From IMG/VR virus record IMGVR_UViG_3300047457_001195, positions 1 to 59,226 of that record: 59,226 nt of DNA. One strand, written 5' to 3'. Shown here one piece after another: positions 1 to 11,200 of this stretch. This stretch comes from a virus (lineage: Duplodnaviria > Caudoviricetes). Within the stretch, counting starts at the first letter, position 1. Each line of letters opens with the position of its first letter. Position numbers and translations under genes: made by a program. A model generated the notes under the pieces. The model was not told the origin of the DNA. It searched no databases and saw nothing but the letters and a program-made list of their open reading frames with translations.

Positions 1-1259
1 CCTCCTATAGTTCCATTACTGGTTTTTATATCTATAAATCCACCTTGTGATGTGCTGGTGTTTAATCTCTTAGCACTGTAGATATAAACAGACCCTGCTG
101 TAGGTGTTCCTGGTAGTGTTTCGTAACTTCCAATTACCACACTACCATATTGGGTAGAGGTTGAAGGCACAGTTTGATATAACCCAATAATTCCTTGGCT
201 ATATGCTCTTACATTACCAGGTGTTCCTCCCTGACCAGGTGTTCCTGCGTTAATTGTAACACTGCCTGCGTTTCTTAAACTTCCGACACCATCTGTTGCA
301 TTAATTGTAACACCGGCACCGTCTCCGTCTACTGTTGAACCTGCCTGCAATACTAAGGGTCCACCATTACCAGAACCAACTCCACCATCACCGCCTGTTA
401 TTGTTAATGTGCTACCATTGCTTCCTGCGGTTACATCAAAACCTTGAATTCTCGCAGTGGCTAATTTATTAGCATCTTGTTTTAATTTTAAATTATTATT
501 AATAGTAAGACTAAAAATATTAGTGCCTAAAATTGCACTGTCATTTGTGTTATTACTCAGTTGAATTGGGTGTGCGCTAGTAATTAGCCCCGACGAATAG
601 CTAATATTTGGACCGCTAACACTAATCGCTGCTCTAGCTCTAGCATCCGTATAGTATAAATTACCAGATTCTGTGACATTTAGTGTTGTTAGGTTAATTA
701 CTCCAGTTAAACCATTAACACTATCAACTGCCTGACTATAGCTAAACACCCCTGTAGATGTATTATAAACTAAGTCACCTGATGCACTAAGCTGATCTCT
801 AACATTGCTATTAGTCAAATAGCCTGCATCATTGGAAAATGCGCTAATATTAAGCGGTTGCGAGTAACTAATTACTCCAGTGTTTACATCATAACCCAAA
901 CTTCCAGTTACAGTAATTGCTGTTCTTGCACGAGCATTGGTAAAATACTTATTTGTAGTTCCTTCAACCAACGCATCTGTATTAACTGGACCGGATCCGA
1001 CTTGAGCGATAGTTTGTGCTACAAAGGCTGTAGTAGCAAGCTGGTTATTGTTTGTTCCTGTGCTTGCTGTTGGAGCCGTAGGAATTCCAGTAAAGGCAGG
1101 ACTAGCCAACGGAGCTAATGTATTTCCGCCTGCATTAACTCCGTCATGAACTACAACAGTCTTTCTTGTAGTATCTACTGTAACTTCACCAACCTGTCCA
1201 ACAAAACTGCTATGTTGAACCTGTGTTCCTCTTCTTAATTGCAGAACTGTTCTAGTCAT
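1..1259 (-). CDS. Tail fibre/receptor-binding protein with Mtd-N-like N-terminal domain (3'-truncated by window edge)
   Basis: Not in the ORF track; read by hand. ATG at 1259 preceded by AAGGAAAGGT. MTRTVLQLRRGTQVQHSSFVGQVGEVTVDTTRKTVVVHDGVNAGG resembles the major tropism determinant N-terminus. Followed by SPAFTGIPTAPTA, two N.Y(F/Y)T.ARAR repeats and Gly-rich repeats. Frame open to the window start. Confidence 0.8.
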   Translation of the reverse strand, partial: MTRTVLQLRRGTQVQHSSFVGQVGEVTVDTTRKTVVVHDGVNAGGNTLAPLASPAFTGIPTAPTASTGTNNNQLATTAFVAQTIAQVGSGPVNTDALVEGTTNKYFTNARARTAITVTGSLGYDVNTGVISYSQPLNISAFSNDAGYLTNSNVRDQLSASGDLVYNTSTGVFSYSQAVDSVNGLTGVINLTTLNVTESGNLYYTDARARAAISVSGPNISYSSGLITSAHPIQLSNNTNDSAILGTNIFSLTINNNLKLKQDANKLATARIQGFDVTAGSNGSTLTITGGDGGVGSGNGGPLVLQAGSTVDGDGAGVTINATDGVGSLRNAGSVTINAGTPGQGGTPGNVRAYSQGIIGLYQTVPSTSTQYGSVVIGSYETLPGTPTAGSVYIYSAKRLNTSTSQGGFIDIKTSNGTIG

Positions 1260-1270
1260 TACCTTTCCTT

Positions 1271-3430
1271 TTAATCACTAATTATACCATGCAGAGTATG
1301 TCTATCAACGATGAACCCCTGTGTCCTACCATATGGGCTACCTTGTATTGTATAAGCAGCGACAGACCTGTTTTCGTTATCACAACCACAGACTAATGCC
1401 TTACCCTGATCTGTTATAACTAAGTTTAAATCGGCACCACTTGACCCTTGACCCATAGCTCCTGCTATACGTGTATTAGCAGGTAATTTCATTGGTTGGA
1501 ATAATCTTGAATCGCCACCAGTTTCTGGGTTTTGATCAGTTGGATCATTTGAAATTCCAGACCAACCTAGTCCAGATCCACCATAAGTATTACGACCGCT
1601 AGCCCATGCACGACCTTCTTCTGTAATTAGAATTGGGTTTTTGTATACGTTGGCTGTTGTTGTAGCACCGGCTTCATACATGGTATTTGTCACATGAACT
1701 AGATTTTTCACACCTTCTACTAGACCCCAACTACCACTCATACCACCACTATACCACCAATAACCGTGATTAGCATGTTGTCCTAAGTTATAGTTAAAGC
1801 TATCACCTGCGGCAAATGTAAGCCCTGTATCACGTTGTCTTACATACATAGTATGTGCTATATCACCTACAACCCAGAAATTATCAATTTCTAGTTGTCC
1901 TGGTCCAGTGTTGGTAAACTTAGTCCAACGATAATAGTTTCTTTGAGTGTTAGCACTGCCTAATAGATGAATAGTAGGACTTAGACCTTGCTGTGATCTG
2001 CCTGCAAATATCAAGCTACCATCATTACATAAGATATAACTACCTCGTTCACCAGAAGTTGAATGATGATAATAAGTCATCTTCTTGATGCCGCCGTGTT
2101 TCTTCCAATTGTAACCTATTTTTGTAGGAATTGGATGAACGTTGGTAACGTTATTTGAATCCCCTAGTCCTAGTTCTCCAGTATAGTTACAACCCCATCC
2201 CCATAAATCACCATCTTCATCTATTGCTAGCACAGAGGTGTATTGATTTCCAATTAGCATGAAGTCCATGACACGTTTGTTTTGGAAAAACGTAGCAGGT
2301 ATACGGGTTGGAACTAATTTGTTGTTAAATTGATCACCACTAACTGTAGTGCTCTGACCGTGACCTAATTGACCAAATGCATTATATCCCCATGACCATA
2401 AACTACCATCATCACCTAAGGCAAAACAACTAGTAGTATTTTGTGTTCCACGGATACCATTATTACTAATATCTACCTTAATAATTTTAGTTTGATTAAA
2501 GCTCTTTTGAAGAGTTTCACCTATCCAACCCACAGTGCTCTGATTAGTGCATCTAACAGGATAGCTTCGGTTAGTAGTAGAATTATCACCTAATGAACCT
2601 TCACCATTATAACCACTAGCATAAACTTCACCATTATTAAACAAAAACAATGCTTGCCAATAATTCTTAACCCACTGAATGCATCTTGGGGTTTTTCCAT
2701 CTGGAGTAGGTAATCCAATATTACTTAATACTATCCCTAGACTGGGTCTAACTTGGCTGCTGCGCATCCAATCAACAAATGAAAATCCTGATGGAACCCA
2801 TTGATGAGTCCAACCACCTTGGAATCCTCTTCCTGAAACGTTATAAGAACTACCGTTACCCCAACCGCCTGTGCTCATACAATTGCCTAGAGCATCAATA
2901 ACCCCATACATATATCCATCGCAGGTCTGAACTGTAGGATGATCACCGTTGTTACGTGTCCATCCTAATGGTGAATTATTAGGATAGCTCACCATATAGT
3001 TTCTTTTTAGAGATTGATTAACGTTTTGGAATATTTGTGTCCAGTATGTAGTGTCTTCGACCCAAGTATTTCTTACGCCGCCTACCTTGCATAGATATAA
3101 ATCACCACCTACTCTTACTACATCCCCAGGCTTATATGTTCTATAAGGCATCCAACCACGCTTAAAATTAAACGCTCTCGCAATCTGTTTCCAATACTCT
3201 GGATTAAGATCGGGACGTTTATCAATAATCATTAATTTTGGCTGATTAGTTCTATAATTTTCTGTGCTGACACTGACATCCATTGCAATTTCATAATCTC
3301 GTGGAATATCTTTAATACAGACATATGAACTATTGTCGTATTGAACGACGTCATTTTTAGAGTAGACAACCTGAGTAGTCCATACTCCCTTCCATGTAAA
3401 TTTCAATAAACTAGTGTCAATAACGCCCAT
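1271..3430 (-). CDS. RCC1-repeat (beta-propeller) virion/adhesin protein, paralogue 1
   Basis: RCC1-type repeats (GEVYASGYNGEGSLG, GSLWSWGYNAFGQLG, GDLWGWGCNYTGELG). Two N-terminal W...Y..(N/G)DVV repeats. Confidence 0.8.
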   Translation of the reverse strand: MGVIDTSLLKFTWKGVWTTQVVYSKNDVVQYDNSSYVCIKDIPRDYEIAMDVSVSTENYRTNQPKLMIIDKRPDLNPEYWKQIARAFNFKRGWMPYRTYKPGDVVRVGGDLYLCKVGGVRNTWVEDTTYWTQIFQNVNQSLKRNYMVSYPNNSPLGWTRNNGDHPTVQTCDGYMYGVIDALGNCMSTGGWGNGSSYNVSGRGFQGGWTHQWVPSGFSFVDWMRSSQVRPSLGIVLSNIGLPTPDGKTPRCIQWVKNYWQALFLFNNGEVYASGYNGEGSLGDNSTTNRSYPVRCTNQSTVGWIGETLQKSFNQTKIIKVDISNNGIRGTQNTTSCFALGDDGSLWSWGYNAFGQLGHGQSTTVSGDQFNNKLVPTRIPATFFQNKRVMDFMLIGNQYTSVLAIDEDGDLWGWGCNYTGELGLGDSNNVTNVHPIPTKIGYNWKKHGGIKKMTYYHHSTSGERGSYILCNDGSLIFAGRSQQGLSPTIHLLGSANTQRNYYRWTKFTNTGPGQLEIDNFWVVGDIAHTMYVRQRDTGLTFAAGDSFNYNLGQHANHGYWWYSGGMSGSWGLVEGVKNLVHVTNTMYEAGATTTANVYKNPILITEEGRAWASGRNTYGGSGLGWSGISNDPTDQNPETGGDSRLFQPMKLPANTRIAGAMGQGSSGADLNLVITDQGKALVCGCDNENRSVAAYTIQGSPYGRTQGFIVDRHTLHGIISD

Positions 3431-3431
3431 T

Positions 3432-3821
3432 TTAGAATCCTAAGCTAGTCAAATAGTTTGTAATTTCAGTATCTTTTGCGTTGATTGCAGTCTTAAAAGC
3501 CGCATTTGAATTTGCAGCCAATCGCATCATAGTAAATGTATCATACTGGCTTAAAAATCCATTTTTCATCTCACCTACTTTGGCTTGAAGGTAGATTAAC
3601 TTTGGAATTACATCCTGCAAAGAAGCCTTTTCTTCTGCGGTTTTATATTCTTTCTGATCATGCTTTGGATTCGCAGCTAGTGTAACCTTATCTGGGTTAT
3701 AACTAAAGTAATGAGAGCCATTATGATCACCTAAATGAAAATAATCTTCAGGAGTAGAATCAGCTGCTCTAGTTGGCATCGTATAGCTGTCAACTGCATC
3801 TTTATAACTAAAAACAATCAT
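3432..3821 (-). CDS. Hypothetical protein (possible fibre chaperone/accessory)
   Basis: 129-aa ORF tightly packed between RCC1 genes; no recognised motif. Confidence 0.65.
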   Translation of the reverse strand: MIVFSYKDAVDSYTMPTRAADSTPEDYFHLGDHNGSHYFSYNPDKVTLAANPKHDQKEYKTAEEKASLQDVIPKLIYLQAKVGEMKNGFLSQYDTFTMMRLAANSNAAFKTAINAKDTEITNYLTSLGF

Positions 3822-3825
3822 TTTA

Positions 3826-6156
3826 TTATCCTCTTGAATGTGAAATTACGACTGGTTGTTGGAAATATGCACCACGACCTGCATGTGTAGCATTATAACT
3901 TAAAATTCCAGTTTGATTTTGTGTGCTTGCTGGATTTGCGCAATTGTGACCGCCTGCCATTATCATACCGTTAGAGAAAATGAACCCCATGCCGGATGGT
4001 CTATTACCTGTATCATATTGAACTGCGAACGGTAGTAATTGTGTAACGTATTCACCGCAGGCCAAATAGCAATGTGCAGGGTTTCTAGTTGTTCCTGTTT
4101 CATCTAAGTTGTTGCTAGTTCCGATATAAGGGTTAAATCCACCATTGGTTCCTTGGAATAAAACTTTCCCACTGTCTAATAACCATACGCAATATTTATT
4201 AGTTCCGTTACCTCCTTGGAATCTAACATCCTTAATTCTATCAATCCAAGGAACAGCCACAGGAGTAGTAATAATTGCTGTAGTCGCATTACGACCGTTT
4301 ACATAACTAGCACTAGATCCTTGACCATGAACATAAGTAGCACCTGTATTAGTTCTTGTAAACACCTGATGATATTGAGGTTCACTGCCACTACCTAGGC
4401 CTAATAACCAAAAGTCAGTTATACTACCTCCAGGTGTAGCTGTTGTTTTAGTTAACTGTAGGTTGTTACTTGTCCCACCGTTTGCCGCTGTTCCTGTGCC
4501 ATTATATCCAGTATGCCATAAAAATCCGTTACCATCTAAAATCATAAATGCCTGGCTACCGTTATGACCAATCACTTGCCATTTTACAATACCGTTATTT
4601 GCTAGTGGATCCCAAGAACTCATTAATACAGGACGATTCTTTTGGTTAGTTGTTCCATCTCCGATCTGTCCAACGTTGTTATAACCCCAGGAGTATAAAT
4701 TATCGTCAGATGTTCTTGCATAACAGGTAGTATATTGACAATTACTCATTTGAATATCAATTACTCTTCTACCACCAAAATATTCTCTAGGGATTCTTGA
4801 AGCTCCTGCGGTGCTGTTTGTATGTCCTAATCCGAGCTGTCCATAACCATTATAACCCCATGTCCAAACATACCCGTCTTCATCTAGTGCCATACAACTA
4901 TGTATATCAGTTTGTTCATATCCTCCGAAGCTAATTTTTACTATCTTAACATCTTGTAGACCGATTACACGACGAGGAATTCCAATAGTTCCAGTTGTAT
5001 CTGCATCACCACGTTCACCGTATCCTCCATATCCCCAGCACCAAACTTCACCATTATTGAAAAGTGCGCCCGTCCAGGTCCACCCTTGTTCAACCTGTAT
5101 GACCTTGGGTGGCTCTCCGTCTGGAGTTGTCATCTTTCCTGTTCCACCGTTATCTCTACTATTCCACCATTCCCAATTATTAAATACCATTTCCTGCGGA
5201 TGGCTTTGAAGAACTTCACTAGCATCTCGACTTAGACCATGACTACCTGTTGAACCACTTCCTTGATTGAATAAACGACCAGATTGAGTAATCCATTTAA
5301 CACAATTCCAAACGCCCGGGGTTCCTGAAAATCCATGTGGGTATGGCCAACCAATAGGACCTCGGTTCTGTCCCCATGCAACAGACATATCTTCTGCTAG
5401 CCTATCGCCAGTCATTAATATTGTCCAATAATGCATAGTAGTAGGCGAAGTAGGAGCTTTACCTGTACTATCAGCAATAGCTAAGTAAGTTGATCCTTCA
5501 AATTCAATAATATCATTAGCATAATATTGAGTTCCGGAATTATATCTTCCCCTAAAAGAAGCACCACTGGTAACTTCATCCCAATACTGCCAACCTCTCC
5601 ATGTGAATCCTCTATTAAAACGTCCGATACTCAATCCACCTACACCAGAAGTTCCTGGAGCATAATAATATAATACACTAGGTGCATTACTGGCAAGGGT
5701 TAATGTCATAACACCATCAACCCCTGGAGTTCCTGTATAAGAAACTCCAGTAGTATATTCTGTTCCTGAATTGTTTGTTCCGTCGATTGTGGTGCTTAGG
5801 GCAAATCTCAAGTTAAAATTACTAACATCTTTCTGATAAAATCTATAAGTGAAACCAGGAAGTATAGTAATTTGTTGACTTCTATGTCCGTTGATAAAAA
5901 ATAATGACTGAGAACCGACTACTGTTACTGTAATATTATAGTCAATTACCTTATCAGGATCATAAGCAGTTCCATGGAAATTTGCTCTATCTCTTAGACC
6001 TGGTGAAAACTCGTTTGTAATTCCAGTTGGCTGAGCCTGCTTACAGATCCAAATTGCATTTTTAAAACTTACTACATCATTTAGAGCATAGGTAGATCCA
6101 GTTGCCCATGGACCTCTCCATAAAAATTTTAATTTACCTAAATCTAATGTTGACAT
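3826..6156 (-). CDS. RCC1-repeat virion/adhesin protein, paralogue 2, with inserted degenerate cupredoxin-like module
   Basis: GEVWCWGYGGYGERG, GYVWTWGYNGYGQLG, NLYSWGYNNVGQIG repeats. N-terminal LGKLKFLWRGPW. GFTYRFYQ...NAPSVLYYY insert. Confidence 0.8.
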   Translation of the reverse strand: MSTLDLGKLKFLWRGPWATGSTYALNDVVSFKNAIWICKQAQPTGITNEFSPGLRDRANFHGTAYDPDKVIDYNITVTVVGSQSLFFINGHRSQQITILPGFTYRFYQKDVSNFNLRFALSTTIDGTNNSGTEYTTGVSYTGTPGVDGVMTLTLASNAPSVLYYYAPGTSGVGGLSIGRFNRGFTWRGWQYWDEVTSGASFRGRYNSGTQYYANDIIEFEGSTYLAIADSTGKAPTSPTTMHYWTILMTGDRLAEDMSVAWGQNRGPIGWPYPHGFSGTPGVWNCVKWITQSGRLFNQGSGSTGSHGLSRDASEVLQSHPQEMVFNNWEWWNSRDNGGTGKMTTPDGEPPKVIQVEQGWTWTGALFNNGEVWCWGYGGYGERGDADTTGTIGIPRRVIGLQDVKIVKISFGGYEQTDIHSCMALDEDGYVWTWGYNGYGQLGLGHTNSTAGASRIPREYFGGRRVIDIQMSNCQYTTCYARTSDDNLYSWGYNNVGQIGDGTTNQKNRPVLMSSWDPLANNGIVKWQVIGHNGSQAFMILDGNGFLWHTGYNGTGTAANGGTSNNLQLTKTTATPGGSITDFWLLGLGSGSEPQYHQVFTRTNTGATYVHGQGSSASYVNGRNATTAIITTPVAVPWIDRIKDVRFQGGNGTNKYCVWLLDSGKVLFQGTNGGFNPYIGTSNNLDETGTTRNPAHCYLACGEYVTQLLPFAVQYDTGNRPSGMGFIFSNGMIMAGGHNCANPASTQNQTGILSYNATHAGRGAYFQQPVVISHSRG

Positions 6157-6168
6157 AAAAAAATCCTA

Positions 6169-8286
6169 TTAAAACCCTGCTAATGTAGTTAATAATGTTG
6201 CATTGGCGTTATCTTGCTGTCCTGCGCCATACATACTTGTTTGCAATTGGTTACCTCTACCATTAACCATAACCCTGCCTTCTTTATTTACCCATAATGT
6301 GGCGAAGTAATAGTTACCAGAATCATTGCCAAATCCCATAACATCTTCAAAATTTCCTATCATATCGCTAGCGCCTCTAACAGGTTGGAAAGCATATTGA
6401 GCTATTTCTTCAATGATATTTGAGTCTGCCCAGTTTTGGAATTGATTATTAGTTCCATTAGATAATTGACCTACGTTATTATCGCCTGCACCAAATCCTA
6501 GCCCATTATCTAATATTGCAAGCACAGAACATACATCGTCTTGGCCACTATATGCCATTCTTCTAACATTAACCATGTCATACAGAACACCGGCTACATT
6601 CATTTTACATTTATCAAATGTTGCCTGCTGTGTGGTTCCTGTTCCGCCTCTTGCTAACTGACCTCTAGCATTATATCCACATCCGTATAACACTGAATCT
6701 GCCGAGCTCTTAACATATAATGTAACCCTATTACCGCCACTACCTACCATCCACATATCAGATGCAACGCTATTAGCAATACTGCCAGGACCACTACCTA
6801 CGTTTACCCAAGTGTTTTGCTGAGTAGTATTGCCCAAGCCCATCCATGCGCTTCCTTGAAGTCCAGCGCAGTAAATTCTTCCTGTATCTGTTAATATAGC
6901 AGTAGATCCTTCACCAGTTGATCCATTCCATCTATCACTGTGGTTAATCTTAATGATATTACCTACACCACCACCACCAAATGAAACGGCAGTAACCTGA
7001 ATAGGTATGACCTTATTTACAGTGTCGCCTAGCCCTAGTTGTCCTTGCCCATTGAATCCCCACATCCATAGCGTTCCAGTGCTATCGACAGCAGCACTCC
7101 ATCCAGTTCTATTACCAAATGCCCAAATAGCTACAACATCATTGTTATTAAATCTTGAACGTGGAATTTTGGTAGGAATATTTCTACTGGTAGTAGAGTT
7201 GTCGCCTAGTTGTCCATAACCGTTATAGCCCCATGCCCAAATTTCACCGTTTTCATCAAGCGCCAATGTATGTCTAACATCATCAGGGGTCCCACATCCA
7301 CCGCCCATTGCAATTCTTTTGATTCGAATATTATAAAATAAGTGGTTAGATGTAGATACATTGAAAACGTTATTTAAAGTTCCGCCTACTCTAACAGGAT
7401 TACCTCTGTTTGATGTGCTACCATCACCGTTTTCACCGTTACCGCCATAGCCCCATGCAAATACTTCACCACTATTCATTAATACTGTATTACCTGAATA
7501 GCTTTTTTCCCATTGAATCACACGAGGTGTTGCATTATCTGGTGTGCTGTGAACTCCTGAACCACCATTACTAGTGCTTCTCCACCAGTCGTAGAAAACA
7601 AATGGTATAACATTAGCATTAGACGCTTGCGAGTTGTCTGTTATGCCCAATGATGAACTTTGACCTGTTCCCCATGTAATGCATTGCCCGTTTCTACTTA
7701 CATATCCAAGTGATAGAGATTCTACATTATTTTTATATCCGCCACCTTTATAAAACGGGCTATTATCAAATGCAATTCCTCGATTTGGTAATACTATTGC
7801 GCCATAATGGCTTTCACCATATACACCTAAATTGTATCCCCCTATCTGGCTACCGGCACTAGTTTGACTATTTAGAGCTGCTATTTGATTAATCGGAGTC
7901 CAGTATGCAGAATCGATAGGACCAATTGTTGGACTGCTAGTGTGTTGGTTTACACAAATATAACTTCTCGGAACTGATCTTACCAAGTTAAAATTTGAGT
8001 TTGAAGGAATCAATGTTCCTGATGTAATATGATTAACCACATCGCCTACTCTATATAGAGTTGAGCTAGTCCAGGTACTTCTAAAATTAAAAAAGCTACC
8101 AAAGATTGACCAATATGTTGAAGCATTAGGAGTAACGTCACCTGTGCTTCCAGGACCTACATCAGTTGTGCAGATATATTGTTGATTTCTAAATGTAACA
8201 ATATCATTCGCATAATATTGTGTAGAGGTAGAATGATCCCCTTTAATATCAAATCTAAGTTTCCCAAGTGTTACTGTAGTAGGCAT
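6169..8286 (-). CDS. RCC1-repeat virion/adhesin protein, paralogue 3
   Basis: GEVFAWGYGGNGENG, GEIWAWGYNGYGQLG, GTLWMWGFNGQGQLG repeats. N-terminal LGKLRF module. Confidence 0.8.
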   Translation of the reverse strand: MPTTVTLGKLRFDIKGDHSTSTQYYANDIVTFRNQQYICTTDVGPGSTGDVTPNASTYWSIFGSFFNFRSTWTSSTLYRVGDVVNHITSGTLIPSNSNFNLVRSVPRSYICVNQHTSSPTIGPIDSAYWTPINQIAALNSQTSAGSQIGGYNLGVYGESHYGAIVLPNRGIAFDNSPFYKGGGYKNNVESLSLGYVSRNGQCITWGTGQSSSLGITDNSQASNANVIPFVFYDWWRSTSNGGSGVHSTPDNATPRVIQWEKSYSGNTVLMNSGEVFAWGYGGNGENGDGSTSNRGNPVRVGGTLNNVFNVSTSNHLFYNIRIKRIAMGGGCGTPDDVRHTLALDENGEIWAWGYNGYGQLGDNSTTSRNIPTKIPRSRFNNNDVVAIWAFGNRTGWSAAVDSTGTLWMWGFNGQGQLGLGDTVNKVIPIQVTAVSFGGGGVGNIIKINHSDRWNGSTGEGSTAILTDTGRIYCAGLQGSAWMGLGNTTQQNTWVNVGSGPGSIANSVASDMWMVGSGGNRVTLYVKSSADSVLYGCGYNARGQLARGGTGTTQQATFDKCKMNVAGVLYDMVNVRRMAYSGQDDVCSVLAILDNGLGFGAGDNNVGQLSNGTNNQFQNWADSNIIEEIAQYAFQPVRGASDMIGNFEDVMGFGNDSGNYYFATLWVNKEGRVMVNGRGNQLQTSMYGAGQQDNANATLLTTLAGF

Positions 8287-8298
8287 ATTTTATATCTC

Positions 8299-11200
8299 TT
8301 AATAAGTTAGTTGTAATGTTCCATTCACTGACATAGCAATATTTGTCACCCTTGGATCATTAAAGAATGTAGTAAACGCACTACCATCTACAGTGCTATT
8401 TTCACTTCCTACATCTTTAACGTAAGTTAATAGTCCATCACTGTCAAGTGTTAATCCATGTAGTGTAGATCTGTTAACTTCATCTACATAGTTTTTATTT
8501 ACAAGATGATTACCAGTCAGTGCTGCCATTTGTGAGTATGTGGCAGTATAGTAGATATTAGTGCTTACATAGATCTTACCGGTTCCATCAGCAGATAAAA
8601 ATAAATCGCTGTTTGTGCCAGCTGTGGTTGTGAGTGTATCATTTTCAATATACAGTTTACCAGCTGTTAACACGTTAACAGTTAGACTATTAGATCCAGA
8701 ACCCAATTGACTATTAATATAAGTTCTAATAGCTCTTTGGGTAGGAACAATATTGTCACTATTTGCACTCATTGTTCCGTCAGCACTAAAGCTAAAGACT
8801 GTAGCACCTGTATTACCTAGTTGTAAGCTGTTCAAACCAGTTAGGTTAAATGAGCTAACATTCAATGTAGCTTGACCTGTAGCCTGATTAACTTGGAACA
8901 AGTCACCTACACTTAGGTTACCGTCTTGGTCAGTTGAAACATAAAACACACGACCATTATTCAAGCTCTTCTTTTCATTAGCTCTAACATAGTTTAATGT
9001 GCTCACACCTGGATAATTTGTAGAAGCAAAGTTTCCAGTTCCGATAGCTAGATAATCATGGCCAGTTAGTCGAACCTGACTAAACTTTTCATAAACTGCT
9101 GCTGTTGATCCCTGTAATAGTGGAGTAACTCTATCAATTGATGGACTGATAGAAACTGTTGCTGCACCAGTAATTGCATCATATGCAGTTGTTTCAATAA
9201 CTAAGAAGTTACCAGCTTGACCTGCAATAGTCATAATGCTACCAGGTCTTGGAGCCTTTGTAGTAAATCCTAGGAAATTAATTGAACTACCATACTGTGC
9301 AATTTCAGCGAATCCATTACCTGTCACACTGGTTACTGACGCAGTTAAGTATCCTGCACCTCTATTGCTAAAGGTTAATCTACTAATAGCACCATCTTTG
9401 ACTTCAGGTGTTAATGATGCTGCGCTGCTAGCTAAAGGATCAGTTATAGTAAATGTCGGCAGTGTTCCTGGTAGATAACCTTGACCACCATCAAATATAT
9501 AAACTGCACCAATAGTATCAGTTTCTGGATCAACTTGTGCAAATACTTTAGCAACTCTACTAGGACTATAACCAGTAGTGTTTACAACAACTTTAGCAAC
9601 GATTTCATACTTGGTGCTTTGGTCGAGCTCTGTTATGATAGCATCACCAGTTAATGTTTCCCATCCGTTGGTTCCGTCATCTTTCATGACATAAACGACA
9701 CGGGTAAATCCACTAGCACCATCTGTTACATAACTGTTCTTAACAGTTGCATATTGACCGCTACCTAAACCTTCTGTAATCAATATTCTCATTCCTAAAT
9801 ATTGATTATTTGTGTTCATTGAATCTGTAGCTGCCAATGCGAACCATACGCCGTTTCCGTTAGTTCCGCCTGTCCTACCAGTTCCTGTTACATATTGATA
9901 GTTTGCACCGCCGCTGTCGACAGTAATATGGCTTAGGGCGCCGTTGGTAAAGACTGGACTAGCTACCGCAGTTGTTCCACCTAATGGAGCACCTTCAAAT
10001 GTAACAGTTGCATTTGTGTAGTTTTGTCCTTGGTAATTCCATAAAACACCCAATACACGACCTTCGCCTGCTAGCACACGACCGACCTGTGCTTCTGTGC
10101 TTCTATTATTAACACTACCTGAATATCCTAGATCAGTTGGATCCAGGTCGCAAGCAACATCACCAAATGTTCCATAAGAGTTGTTACCATTTAATGCACG
10201 TAGAATACCACCTGTTTCAGTTAAGTATCCAATATAGGCATAATAGGTAAACACACTAACAAGTTCTGCTCTACCACCGTTTCTCGCCCAAATTGCAATA
10301 CCATCGTCGATGATCTGTGTGAAGTCATTTAGTGTCATTGACTTATAACCACTAGCATGTAGCGATCCGTCAATTAAAACACCAATAGCTCTAGTTCCAA
10401 ATACCGTACAGTTTTGAATGTATGGGCTTCGACTACTAATACTTCCTGTAGGATCTAAGCTAACATAACATCCAGATGCTGTAGTGCTTGGCCAAACTGA
10501 GGTTACTCGTTGAACACCGCTACCTGATGGAACCTGAACTCCTGTAAATTGTCCGGTCAATCCCATCATAGTCATGTTTCTAATAACGGTAGCATTATTA
10601 ACCAACCACATTCTACTTCTATTATTAGGTGTTATTCCATCGTCACTAATACCTTGACTTGCATATCTAAAGTTTAGGGCTGCTTGTCTTGAATAGCTGT
10701 TACCACCATAAATTAAATCGTTAACAACAGCTTCTACAAATTTTCCTGTATCTCTAGGACTTGTAGCATTTGTATAACCATAATTGGTTAGTAAGAAGGC
10801 TGCTGCCTCTTCTCTTAAGAATGTCTTATTAGCTAAAATTTGTGTTCTAGCATTAAGCTTGTACGGATCAGCAGTAGCAGGACCAGCAGCAACAATACCA
10901 GGTATTGCACCACCACTCATAACATTAGTGATAGTTCCAAATAAGTTTACTACAGTGCTCACAGCAGAAGCTGTGGACATTACACCCATTTGCAATTGTT
11001 GAACTGATGTCTGATAGGTAGTTGTCCATAGTGTATTCATCATTACATTAGAAACAACATCCTTAATGTAATTAATGGTAGCTACACAACTAGTGGTTAA
11101 AGCACTAAACTCAGTGCCTGGCATTACTGTAACTGAACGAAGTTCATCACCTACAATACTTACACCTGGCGGAACACGAATAGGTAGCTGCTCTCTATAT

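Noticed and set aside
1-1259. Diversity-generating retroelement suggested by Mtd-like N-termini
   Set aside because: No reverse transcriptase, Avd or TR/VR pair in the window, and only the N-terminal attachment domain is Mtd-like. The gene's C-terminus is outside the window, so it cannot be fully excluded.
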